Positions 17,460 to 26,326 of a stretch of DNA of 30,613 nucleotides are shown here, piece by piece. Every line of letters starts with the position of its first letter. Positions within the stretch are counted from its first letter, which is position 1. The position numbers and the translations under genes are program-made. Where the stretch lies: positions 1-30,613 of the forward strand of contig JAFMJU010000001.1 of the NCBI GenBank assembly GCA_017853285.1, written 5' to 3'. This DNA comes from Gemmataceae bacterium. GTDB lineage: Bacteria > Planctomycetota > Planctomycetia > Gemmatales > Gemmataceae. The notes under the pieces were generated by a model. That model made no database searches and was not told the origin of the DNA. It saw nothing but the letters and a program-made list of their open reading frames with translations.

Positions 17460-18878
17460 ATGCAGCAAATACCAACCCAACCTTCCACCCCACGGCCCAG
17501 TCCCATCGGGCGGTGGCTGTCGGTTTTGGTGGCCCTAACCCTTTGGACGACCGCCGGTTTGGTCATTCCTCTCGCCCTTCCGGGTTGCGGTGTGACCGAA
17601 ATTCCCGACAGTGTTTTCTACCCCCTGCGTTCCAACCCACTCGTCAATCTGGACAAGGCGCCAGCATCCGCTCCCCCCGCCTTTCCCCCTCCCGGCAAAC
17701 CGGAGGTGAGCCTCAAATGGCTGGAGGATCAGGGCGTCCCCATCCTTAATCCCGACAGTTTGGAAAAGGCCCCTTGGGGCACCGAATGGAGGGAAGAGGT
17801 CAACACTTTTCTCTTGAGCCAATTCGGTACACCCGCCAAGCCAAGGGTTGGCACCGAAGGGGTGGACGGATTCGCAACCATCGCCAAACTTTCCGAAACC
17901 CTGCAACTGACACCCGCGGTTCTGGAAAGGGGCAGCAAACAATACCGCCGTTTGTGCCTTCACTGTCATGGATTGGGCGGAGAAGGTGCGGGCGCCACCA
18001 GCGGTTGGTTGAATCCCCTCCCCCGCGATTTCCGCCAGGGGGAGTTCAAGTTCATTTCCACCGCCGAACACAAGCTCGAATCGGGTTTCCAGCCACTGAA
18101 GGCCCGCCCAAGGCGTGAGGACATCCTCAGGACCCTGCACCTGGGTCTGGAGGGAACCTCCATGCCCAGCTTCGGACTTTTGGCCAGGGAAGATGTGGAG
18201 GCCCTGGCCAGCTACACGCTGCACCTCAGCATCCGGGGCGAGGTGGAGTATTGGGCCCTCTTTTACGCTCTCCGCCAGGATCCGGAAACTCTCAAGGCTG
18301 TTGAGAAAGATCCCGCCAAAGAATCAAGAAACCGCGCGATCCGCTTCCTCTCCGGAGCCCTGGAATGGGAGGATCCCGAGGCGGATGTGGAGGACTTTGT
18401 ATCGAAGGCCAAGGGTAGCCTTCTTCCCGCGGGCATGGCCAAACTTCTGGACAGGATCCTGAGGGAATATGCCGCGGCCGACAAAAACCCAATTTTACCC
18501 ATGGTTGATCCCTACCCGTCGGACCAACCAACCCCTGCCCAGTCCCTCGCGAACGGGCTGAAGATCTTCCAGGCCCAGTGCGTCAATTGCCACGCCGGTT
18601 ATGGCCGCCAAAGCGCGCTCAGGTTTGACAACTGGGGAGGTGTGGTCCGACCGGCGAACCTCACCGTACCCGTTTACAAAGGCGGGCGAAGGCCAGTGGA
18701 CCTGTACTACCGGATCATTCGCGGTATCCCACCCTGCGGCATGCCCAAGGCCAATGTGCAGGAAGGCGACCCCGCCAGGCAAGCATGGGATCTGGTCCGT
18801 TTCCTGATGGCCCTCCCCTATCCAGATTCCTTGCCCTCCGATATCCGTCAGCAAATCCACGGCGGAGCCAAACAGTGA
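17460..18878 (+). CDS. membrane-anchored dihaem cytochrome c (possible lipoprotein)
   Basis: Two CxxCH motifs (CLHCH 17955-17969; CVNCH 18579-18593); Met ligand candidates GTSMP and CGMP; N-terminal TM ending LPGC; ATG at 17460. Confidence 0.9.
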   Translation: MQQIPTQPSTPRPSPIGRWLSVLVALTLWTTAGLVIPLALPGCGVTEIPDSVFYPLRSNPLVNLDKAPASAPPAFPPPGKPEVSLKWLEDQGVPILNPDSLEKAPWGTEWREEVNTFLLSQFGTPAKPRVGTEGVDGFATIAKLSETLQLTPAVLERGSKQYRRLCLHCHGLGGEGAGATSGWLNPLPRDFRQGEFKFISTAEHKLESGFQPLKARPRREDILRTLHLGLEGTSMPSFGLLAREDVEALASYTLHLSIRGEVEYWALFYALRQDPETLKAVEKDPAKESRNRAIRFLSGALEWEDPEADVEDFVSKAKGSLLPAGMAKLLDRILREYAAADKNPILPMVDPYPSDQPTPAQSLANGLKIFQAQCVNCHAGYGRQSALRFDNWGGVVRPANLTVPVYKGGRRPVDLYYRIIRGIPPCGMPKANVQEGDPARQAWDLVRFLMALPYPDSLPSDIRQQIHGGAKQ

Positions 18879-19915
18879 TGCCGCTCGATCCGGGAAACAG
18901 CCCTGTGCCAAAGGCCACCGAATCGGCCGGCTTCGCGCTGGATTGGTCGGCCCCCGAGCACGCGCTCCCACTCATCATCACAGGCATGGCCTTTGTGATT
19001 TGGCTCTGCGCCTTCCGCTTCCGGAAGGCATGGGCGGCCATAGTCGGCATCAACACCGCTGCCGTGGCGGCCTACACGGCCTGGTCGGCGCGCAACGGGC
19101 ACTGGTTGCCCGAAAAGGCCAACGACCTGGCCGGCGAGGTTGACGGCCTTTTCAACATGGTCATGGTCCTTATCACCGTTTTCTTCATCCTCACACAATG
19201 CGTTTTGATTTACGCGATGCTGCAAAAGTCCCCCGAGGGAGGCCGGGCCAAACCCGTCCACGGAAACCACACGCTGGAATTGGTCTGGACCCTGATTCCG
19301 GGCGCCCTGCTCGTCTACATCGCCATAGCCCAGTTGCCCACTTGGGCCAAAATGAAAGGTCAGAACGCCGGGGCGCTGCTACCCTCCGGTTACGAGGTCG
19401 CCTCGGACCCCGCCGACCTGCTGGTGACGGTCACTGGCAAGCAATGGGAATGGCGTATGCGCTACGCCGATCCTTCGGGCAACAAACCTGAGGATCCCAT
19501 CCAATGGGCCTCCACCCCCGCGACAGCCGATGTCCATGTCGTCAACGAACTCCACGCCTGGAAGGGGGCCAAGGTTCGCCTGATGCTCCGCACCACCGAT
19601 GTGATCCACAGCTTCTTCCTGCCCCAGTTCCGGTTCAAGCAGGACATGCTGCCCGGCAAAACCATTCCCGCCCTGCTCCACACCGACAAGACCAACATCA
19701 ATCCCGATGGAACGGAACGGTCCTGGGAAATCGCCTGCGCCGAATTGTGCGGTGGCAACCACTACCGCATGCGGGGCCGGGTGGTCATCCACCCCGACCG
19801 CGAATCCTTCATGACTTGGCTGAACGAACGGAAATCAGGTCAATCGGCGCGCAAGGAACCCCTCGCATCCGCCGACAAGCCCCCCGCCAACCCCATGGCC
19901 GGTAAGCAAGAATGA
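18878..19915 (+). CDS. ctaC: cytochrome c oxidase subunit II (CuA)
   Basis: 'LELVWTLIP', 'GKQWEW', 'DVIHSF', 'CAELCGGNHYRM'; TGATG overlap with the cytochrome c stop. Confidence 0.95.
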   Translation: MPLDPGNSPVPKATESAGFALDWSAPEHALPLIITGMAFVIWLCAFRFRKAWAAIVGINTAAVAAYTAWSARNGHWLPEKANDLAGEVDGLFNMVMVLITVFFILTQCVLIYAMLQKSPEGGRAKPVHGNHTLELVWTLIPGALLVYIAIAQLPTWAKMKGQNAGALLPSGYEVASDPADLLVTVTGKQWEWRMRYADPSGNKPEDPIQWASTPATADVHVVNELHAWKGAKVRLMLRTTDVIHSFFLPQFRFKQDMLPGKTIPALLHTDKTNINPDGTERSWEIACAELCGGNHYRMRGRVVIHPDRESFMTWLNERKSGQSARKEPLASADKPPANPMAGKQE

Positions 19916-21720
19916 GCCAGACACAAGCACTTCCCAAAACTGAGACAGGCCACGTCGGGCATCACCAGCCCGGCTTCGTCGGGCGTTACATCTTCTCGAC
20001 CGACCACAAGGTGATCGGGATCCAGTACCTGTTTTCCGCAATCCTCTTCCTGCTGGTGGGCGGGGGATTGGCGCTGCTGGTCCGCCTTCAGGTCGGTTAC
20101 CCGGACGAGTCCATCGGCATTCTCACCCGATTCATCCCCGGGTTGGCCAAACACATCCCGGCGGAATGGGGCGGCCGCATGTCCCCCGAGTTTTACACCA
20201 TGCTGTTCACCATGCATGCCACCGTGATGATCTTTTTGGTCATCATTCCGTGGCTGACGGGGGCCTTCGGTAACTTCCTGATCCCCTTGATGATCGGGGC
20301 CAAGGACATGGCCTTCCCCATTCTCAACATGCTTTCCTACTGGTTCATGTGGCCAGCCTTTGGACTTCTGATGGCCAGCTTCTTTGTGGACGGCGGGGCA
20401 TCCGGCGTGGGCTGGACCGCCTACCCCACCCTGTCCAGCGCCGATCTGGCCGATGGCTCCTACGCTTCGCCTGCCGCCCGCCACGCGGGCCTGGGGCAGA
20501 CCCTCTGGCTGCTGGCGATCTTCTTCGCTGGCGTCTCCTCGATGATGGGCAGCGTCAACTACATCACCACGGTCTTGCACCTGCGCGCCCCGGGGATGTC
20601 CCTCCTGCGCATGCCGCTCACAGTCTGGTCGCTGTTCATCACCGCCATCCTCCAGGCGGTCGCGCTGCCGGCCCTGACGGTGGCCGCCATCATGCAGCTC
20701 TCCGACAAGGTGTTCGGCACCGTCTTTTTCCTCCCCCCTGGCGGGGCCCAGTTCGGCGCCTGGAGCACCGGCGCCGGCGGGGGCCAGCCCCTGCTGTGGC
20801 AGCACCTCTTCTGGTTCTATTCCCACCCGGCCGTGTACATCATGCTGCTTCCCGCCATGGGTATGGTTTCCGACATCCTGCCGGTCTTCGCCCGCAAGCC
20901 CCTATTCGGGTACAGGCCCATGGTCTATTCCATGTCGGCGATCGCCGGCCTAGGCTTCATCGTCTGGGGCCACCACATGTTTCAAAGCGGCATGGACCCC
21001 AGGGTTGGCGCCGCCTTCATGGTCGCCACCATCATGATCGCCCTGCCCAGCGCGGTGAAGACATTCAACTGGCTGGCCACGCTCTGGGGGGCCGACATCC
21101 GTTTCACCGCCTCCATGCTCAACGCCATGGGATTCGTTTCGATGTTTGTCATCGGCGGCTTGTCCGGCATCTTCATGGCCGTCGCGCCGGTGGATGTGAA
21201 TGTCCACGACACCTACTTCATTGTCGCCCACATCCACTATGTGCTTTTCTTGTCCACGCTGTTCGGCCTGTTCGCCGCCACACAGTTCTGGTTCCCCAAG
21301 ATGTTCGGGCGGTGCATGTCCGAATCGCTGGGCAAGCTCCACTTCGCGCTCACCTTCGTGCTGGCCAACTGCACCTTCTACCCCATGCATATCCTCGGTA
21401 TCGGCGGACACCCAAGGCGCTACTTCGACCCCACCCTGTACGAGTACCTGCAGCCTTTCCAGCCCCTGAACCGGTTCATGACCATCAGCGCGGTCCTGCT
21501 GGGCCTCGCCCAGCTCATCTTCCTTGGAAATTTCCTGTTCAGCCTGGCCTTCGGCAAAAAGGCATCGGCGAATCCCTGGGATTCCAACACCTTGGAGTGG
21601 CAGGCCCCCTCGCCCCCTCCCCATGGGAATTTCGAGACAACCCCCGTGGTGGTACGCGGCCCGTATGAGTTCGGGGGCGATGGCCCCGCGGACCACCAGC
21701 CCCAGACCGCCACAGCCTGA
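19912..21720 (+). CDS. ctaD: cytochrome c oxidase subunit I, A2-type
   Basis: All six His ligands present: 'TMHAT', 'WFYSHPAVY', 'WGHHMF', 'AHIHY'; also 'DMAFP', 'PSAVK', 'PRRY'; ATGA overlap. Confidence 0.98.
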   Translation: MSQTQALPKTETGHVGHHQPGFVGRYIFSTDHKVIGIQYLFSAILFLLVGGGLALLVRLQVGYPDESIGILTRFIPGLAKHIPAEWGGRMSPEFYTMLFTMHATVMIFLVIIPWLTGAFGNFLIPLMIGAKDMAFPILNMLSYWFMWPAFGLLMASFFVDGGASGVGWTAYPTLSSADLADGSYASPAARHAGLGQTLWLLAIFFAGVSSMMGSVNYITTVLHLRAPGMSLLRMPLTVWSLFITAILQAVALPALTVAAIMQLSDKVFGTVFFLPPGGAQFGAWSTGAGGGQPLLWQHLFWFYSHPAVYIMLLPAMGMVSDILPVFARKPLFGYRPMVYSMSAIAGLGFIVWGHHMFQSGMDPRVGAAFMVATIMIALPSAVKTFNWLATLWGADIRFTASMLNAMGFVSMFVIGGLSGIFMAVAPVDVNVHDTYFIVAHIHYVLFLSTLFGLFAATQFWFPKMFGRCMSESLGKLHFALTFVLANCTFYPMHILGIGGHPRRYFDPTLYEYLQPFQPLNRFMTISAVLLGLAQLIFLGNFLFSLAFGKKASANPWDSNTLEWQAPSPPPHGNFETTPVVVRGPYEFGGDGPADHQPQTATA

Positions 21721-21731
21721 GGCACCCCGCC

Positions 21732-22019
21732 ATGACACATTCCCGCGCACTGCCCTCCTGCTTCCCGAACGCGGCCCGCCTAGCCTGGGCCAGCGCCGCG
21801 TGCGTGCTGGCCCTCATCCTCCTGGGCACCCTCATCACCACCTACCGCGTGGGCATGGTGGATCCGATCTGGCCCACCGAGCCTTGGTTCCTGCTCGGGG
21901 TGAACTGGCAGGAGCCCAAACCAGGATATTTCATCGAGCACATCCACCGCGTCTTCGGTTACCTCGCGGGTTTGTTTATTCTTTCAACTGCCTTGCTCGC
22001 CTGGCTTTCCCGTTCCTAA
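21732..22019 (+). CDS. ctaA: heme A synthase (CtaA/COX15), N-terminal fragment
   Basis: 'LGTLITTYRVGMVDPIWP' and 'EHIHR'; ends at an in-frame TAA at 22017-22019. Confidence 0.75.
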   Translation: MTHSRALPSCFPNAARLAWASAACVLALILLGTLITTYRVGMVDPIWPTEPWFLLGVNWQEPKPGYFIEHIHRVFGYLAGLFILSTALLAWLSRS

Positions 22020-22028
22020 ACAAACCGC

Positions 22029-22910
22029 ATGATTCCCTGCCTGCTGGTGCTGGGGGTTTTTGTTGGGATGATCGTCGCCATGGCCTCCGTGCAGCGCGAC
22101 CCGTTGAGCAAGCTGCCCACCGGGGAAGTCTCCAAGGCCCTGCTCTATCCGGGGGCGCTGGTGGGCTTGGCTTCGGCTTTGGGGCTGTTGGCGCTTGCCC
22201 TGCGAGACCTGACCCATTGGGTTCCTGGAGCCGCCATGCGGCTTGTGGCCACCCTGGGGTTTCTGGGCGTGGTCACCCAGGGCCTGTTGGGCGGCCTCCG
22301 GGTCTATCTGCACGCCCTGGTCGGCCCGGAACTTGCCACCATCCATGGCGCTTTTGGTCAGGTCGTATTGTCCCTCGTGGTCCTCACGGCGGTACTGGCT
22401 TGGCCGGTGGCGCGGGCCCCTGAATGGAACCAGTCTCTGGCGCAATCCCGCCGCCTGCTCACCACCCTTTTGATCCTTTGCCTGCTGCAACTGGTCTGGG
22501 CGGTTGTGGTCCGTCACCAGGGCGCGACATGGGCCCAAAGATTGCACCTGCTGTTCGCCATTTTGATAGCCGGCTGGGTGGGCGCGCTCTCCCTGTCAGC
22601 CGCCAAGGTCAACGGTCTGAAATTCTGGTCCCGCGGCCTGGGTGTGCTGTTGCTGCTGCAGGTGATCCTCGGCATCGAGGCATGGCTCGGCAAATTCGGC
22701 ACCGGCAAGCCTTTTGTCGAGGCGGCCACCAACTTCGGCCAGGCGTTCCTCCGGACCGGACACTCCTTTTTGGGCGCCATCTTCCTCAGTTGGGTCGTGG
22801 CCGCCTGGGCCCGGGCCGGCCAGTTGAGGGGTGCCATCAGCCAGGGAACCTTCACGGGGGATTCACCCTTCGCGCGGATTCCCCACGCCTCGCCCCGGAG
22901 CCCGTCATGA
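22029..22910 (+). CDS. ctaA: heme A synthase (CtaA/COX15), C-terminal fragment
   Basis: 'QGLLGGLRV', 'IHGAFGQ', 'RLHLL', 'LQVILG', 'TGHSFLG'; same frame as the upstream fragment. Confidence 0.8.
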   Translation: MIPCLLVLGVFVGMIVAMASVQRDPLSKLPTGEVSKALLYPGALVGLASALGLLALALRDLTHWVPGAAMRLVATLGFLGVVTQGLLGGLRVYLHALVGPELATIHGAFGQVVLSLVVLTAVLAWPVARAPEWNQSLAQSRRLLTTLLILCLLQLVWAVVVRHQGATWAQRLHLLFAILIAGWVGALSLSAAKVNGLKFWSRGLGVLLLLQVILGIEAWLGKFGTGKPFVEAATNFGQAFLRTGHSFLGAIFLSWVVAAWARAGQLRGAISQGTFTGDSPFARIPHASPRSPS

Positions 22911-23944
22911 CCGAGGCGGAAGCCAGCGAATCCCAAGGTATCACGGGACAAACCGCGCCCGATCGGGCGGCAACCCGACGCCATTCGGCCGGGCGTGATT
23001 ACCTTGAACTGACCAAGCCTCGCATCGCGGTTCTGGTGTTGATCAGTGTGGCGGCCGGTGCCTATCTGGCCGGTCAACTGTTCCCCGACCTTTTCCGATG
23101 GGCCCTCCTCATCCATGCCGTGGTGGGCGCAGGTTTGGTCGCGGGGGGCGCCAGCGCCCTCAACCAGGTGCTTGAGCGCCAGACCGACGCCCTGATGCCG
23201 CGCACTCGGAACCGCCCACTCCCGGCGGGCAGACTCACCCCCTTGGCGGCAACCGCCTTTGGGATTCTCCTGGGACTTTTGGGCACCCTGGAGCTTTGGC
23301 TCTTTCTGCCAAGTCCGGCCTGCGCCATCGCCGCGGTGCTGACACTGCTGGGTTATGTGCTGGTTTACACACCCCTCAAGACCGTCACCGACCTGAACAC
23401 CATCGTTGGCGCGGCCCCTGGGGCAACGCCTCCAATCCTTGGCTACCTGGCTGTCACAGGCAAAATGGATGGCCCGGCATGGTCGCTATTCCTCATCCTG
23501 TTTATCTGGCAGATACCGCATTTCCTCGCCATCGCCTGGATGTACAGGGATCAGTATGCCGCTGCCGGAATGAGAATGCTCACTGTCCGGGATGCCACGG
23601 GCAAAAGCACCGGTTTGCAAATGGTGCTGTATTGCCTGGCGCTTCTCGCGGTCTCCCTCTCCCCGGTGCTCCTGTTTCCGCCGGAAAGGCGCCCCGGGCT
23701 GGTCTACATTGTCGGCAGCATGCTCTCCGGCCTGATGTTTCTGGCCGCCGCCATCCGTTTCCTGAAATCCCCCACGGTTCCCCAAGCCAGGAAAGCCCTG
23801 CGCGCCTCGCTGCTGCATTGGCCCCTGGTATTGGGCTTCCTGCTGATGGATCAGGCCAGGGCCACCCCCGGGCTGCCACCCCCTTCCGTCCATTTACTTC
23901 AGGAACCCGCCAAGGCCGCTCCCCCGGAGGAGAGGAAACCATGA
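22907..23944 (+). CDS. ctaB: protoheme IX farnesyltransferase (heme O synthase)
   Basis: 'LELTKPRI', 'NQVLERQTDALMPRTRNRPLPAG', 'YTPLK', 'WQIPHFLAIAW'; ATGA overlap at 22907-22910. Confidence 0.96.
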   Translation: MTEAEASESQGITGQTAPDRAATRRHSAGRDYLELTKPRIAVLVLISVAAGAYLAGQLFPDLFRWALLIHAVVGAGLVAGGASALNQVLERQTDALMPRTRNRPLPAGRLTPLAATAFGILLGLLGTLELWLFLPSPACAIAAVLTLLGYVLVYTPLKTVTDLNTIVGAAPGATPPILGYLAVTGKMDGPAWSLFLILFIWQIPHFLAIAWMYRDQYAAAGMRMLTVRDATGKSTGLQMVLYCLALLAVSLSPVLLFPPERRPGLVYIVGSMLSGLMFLAAAIRFLKSPTVPQARKALRASLLHWPLVLGFLLMDQARATPGLPPPSVHLLQEPAKAAPPEERKP

Positions 23945-24900
23945 GCAGCTCGGCCCACGCCAACGATGAGACCATGCCTGCCCCGGGCGACTTGGCCATG
24001 GGCCAGATGGGTATGTGGCTCTTCCTCGGAACCGAGGTGATGTTCTTCGCGGCGCTCATCGCCACCTACCTCATACTCCGCTCCAGCGTGGCTGGTCAGG
24101 ATGGCAGTGGTTGGCCCACCGCCGCCCAGGTCCACATGAACCCATGGATTGGCCTCGGCAACACCGCCATCCTGCTGGTGAGCAGCGTGCTGGTGAGCCT
24201 GGCCGTGCAGGCCTTGGCCGCCGGGGCGGGCAAACGGGCCGGCAACCTCCTGCTGCTTGCCATGGGCCTCGGGGTCTGCTTCCTGGGAATCAAGGGCTAC
24301 GAATACTCCGGAAAATTCCGCCACCAGCTCCTCCCGGGCAAGATAGGCGAGGTCTTTCCCGCGGGATCCACCATCGCCCGCCGCTACGATCAGGGCCCCG
24401 GCCTCCAGTGGCTTGATTCCCTGAAGGCACCACTCGAGGGGTTGGGCGGCAAGGAATTCCGCCTTGCCACGGGCAAGGAAAAGGGCGCCGACCCGGCCGC
24501 TGCCACCCAAACCCTGCAGGCTGTCCGCCAGGATCCGGCCAAAAATCTCGCCTACGAGATTCTCCTGTCGCTTGAAAAGGGGGAGGCCACCCCATCCGTC
24601 GCGGCCAGGAAGGTTTTTGGCGCCAACGAGGCGATCCGTGCTGCCGGTGGCTCCACCGAGGTGCCGGTTCCACCAGCCTTGCCTCACGGAAACCTGTGGG
24701 CCTCCTGCTACTTCGTGATCACCGGCCTGCATGCGACCCACCTGCTGGCAGGATTGGTCGCCTTGGGCATTCCCGCCCTGGCGGGCGTGTTCGGGTACCT
24801 GAAGCCATCCAGCCTCGGTTACCTCACCAACGCCGCTCTCTACTGGCATTTTGTTGATCTGGTTTGGATCATCCTCTTCCCACTGCTTTATCTGGTGTGA
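23941..24900 (+). CDS. ctaE: cytochrome c oxidase subunit III (5-TM type with large loop insertion)
   Basis: 'WLFLGTEVMFF', 'NTAILLVSS', 'TGLHATH', 'YWHFVDLVWIILF'; ATGA overlap at 23941. Confidence 0.93.
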   Translation: MSSSAHANDETMPAPGDLAMGQMGMWLFLGTEVMFFAALIATYLILRSSVAGQDGSGWPTAAQVHMNPWIGLGNTAILLVSSVLVSLAVQALAAGAGKRAGNLLLLAMGLGVCFLGIKGYEYSGKFRHQLLPGKIGEVFPAGSTIARRYDQGPGLQWLDSLKAPLEGLGGKEFRLATGKEKGADPAAATQTLQAVRQDPAKNLAYEILLSLEKGEATPSVAARKVFGANEAIRAAGGSTEVPVPPALPHGNLWASCYFVITGLHATHLLAGLVALGIPALAGVFGYLKPSSLGYLTNAALYWHFVDLVWIILFPLLYLV

Positions 24901-24905
24901 TTCCC

Positions 24906-25214
24906 ATGGGTCCCCAACACGACAAGCCTGCGGTTGCCGAATCCCCGTCCTCCATCTGGATCACGGCCCTGGTCATGCTGGCCTGCCTGGCGGGTGTGAC
25001 CGCGCTCGGGAGCATCCCATCCCTGGCCGGGGTTCCCCGGGGAATTTTCTGGGCGCTTTACGCCCTGCCCATCCTTATTTGCCTGTGGTCCCACCTGCAC
25101 CTGAACCGGCATGGCAGGTCTCTTTTTTTCTTGCTGTTTCCCATTTCGCTGGTGGCGGCGGTGATGATCCTCTGCCTGCTGCCTGACGGCCTTTTCGCTT
25201 GGACCGCCCGATGA
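24906..25214 (+). CDS. cytochrome c oxidase subunit IV-like membrane protein
   Basis: 102 aa, 3 TMs, 'SHLHL…LLFP…LLPD' pattern, located right after coxIII. Confidence 0.6.
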   Translation: MGPQHDKPAVAESPSSIWITALVMLACLAGVTALGSIPSLAGVPRGIFWALYALPILICLWSHLHLNRHGRSLFFLLFPISLVAAVMILCLLPDGLFAWTAR

Positions 25215-26326
25215 ACCGCTCGTCCCTGCTACTGGCCTTCTTGACACTGGCTCTCCCCTTGCTGGGTGGATGCCGCTGGTGGACTGGCGGGGAAGACCCC
25301 GCCGAACCCTACGGCCAGGTGGGGAATTTCTCCGTGCGGGATTCGCAAGGTGAAACTTGGACTCCCGAGCGGCTGAAAGGCAAAGTCTGGGTCGCATCCT
25401 TCCTGTTCACCCGGTGCCTTGGCGGCTGCCCCATGGTCACCTCCACCATGGCGGAAATCCAAAAGCGCACCAGGGACCGGCAGGACCTCCTGTTGGTGAG
25501 CTTCACGGTCGATCCGGCGCGGGACAATCCCGATGAATTGAACCAATTCGCCCAACGATTCGAGGCCGACCCCGCCCGCTGGAAATTTTTCCTGGGCGAG
25601 GAGGCCGCCATCCACGCGATGATCCGCGACCAATTCAAACTGGGTATCCAGCGCAACGAAGCCGCCCCCGGCAAGGAGGTGAAGCCCGGCTTCGAGATTG
25701 ATCACCCACTGAAGCTGGTGCTTGTGGACAAACAGGGCCGGATCCGCGGCTACTTCCCCGGTCTACCCGATGAAAACGGCGGGCCGGAAGCCGCCGCGGA
25801 GCAGGCCGACGCCATCCGGAAACTACGCGCGCAGGTGGATATCCTGCTCAGGGAAAAGCATGGCCTGGAATGGCTCGTCCCGTCGGCCGAGGTAAATGCT
25901 TTTCTCAATGGCCTGGCCGGTCTGTTCTTGGTTGGGGGACTGGCCCTGATTTTCTCCGGACACAAAAAGGCGCACTCACTCGCAATGTTGTGCGCGGTGC
26001 TCTGTTCTGCCCTGTTTTTGGCCAGCTACCTTACTTATCACCTGGCCATCAAGTCCGGCGTGGCCACCAGCTTTGCCGACAGGGCCCCCTTGGCCCCGGC
26101 CGGAATCCGGTACCTGTACCTCGCCATCCTTCTCACGCACACCCTTCTGGCGGTCGTGATCACCCCCTTGGCCCTGCGCCTGGTATGGCTTGGTTACCGC
26201 GGCGATTTCGCCACCCACAAACGCCTTGCCCGCTGGGTTTATCCCTGGTGGCTCTATGTGGCTTTCACGGGCGTGGTGGTATATTGGATGCTTTATCGGC
26301 TTCCCGGTGCCGCGGGGTGGAACTGA
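25211..26326 (+). CDS. SCO1/SenC copper chaperone fused to DUF420 (CtaM-like) domain
   Basis: Lipobox LGGC; 'FTRCLGGCP' (CxxxC 25415-25429); 'SFTVDPARD'; His in 'IDHP'. C-terminal 4 TMs with 'NAFLN…AH…M…SALFLASYLTYH…TH…HKRLARW…WLYVAFTGVVVY'. Confidence 0.88.
   Translation: MNRSSLLLAFLTLALPLLGGCRWWTGGEDPAEPYGQVGNFSVRDSQGETWTPERLKGKVWVASFLFTRCLGGCPMVTSTMAEIQKRTRDRQDLLLVSFTVDPARDNPDELNQFAQRFEADPARWKFFLGEEAAIHAMIRDQFKLGIQRNEAAPGKEVKPGFEIDHPLKLVLVDKQGRIRGYFPGLPDENGGPEAAAEQADAIRKLRAQVDILLREKHGLEWLVPSAEVNAFLNGLAGLFLVGGLALIFSGHKKAHSLAMLCAVLCSALFLASYLTYHLAIKSGVATSFADRAPLAPAGIRYLYLAILLTHTLLAVVITPLALRLVWLGYRGDFATHKRLARWVYPWWLYVAFTGVVVYWMLYRLPGAAGWN

Noticed and set aside
17460-19915. Alternative complex III or caa3 fusion
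   Set aside because: No ActA/B/C-like genes in the window, and CoxII has no CxxCH.
19840-20826. Long antisense and alternative-frame ORFs (also 7432..8421, 8237..9184, 20349..21668, 23899..24849, 26351..27451)
   Set aside because: They are shadows of well-supported genes in GC-rich DNA and show no recognisable motifs.
22017-22019. Selenocysteine or pyrrolysine recoding of the ctaA stop
   Set aside because: The codon is TAA, not TGA or TAG.
22424-23940. Long N-terminal extensions on ctaB, coxIII, fabF, surE, the nitrilase and the cytochrome c in the ORF track
   Set aside because: They overlap upstream genes or promoters; downstream ATGs give ATGA/TGATG coupling or an SD and match family starts.
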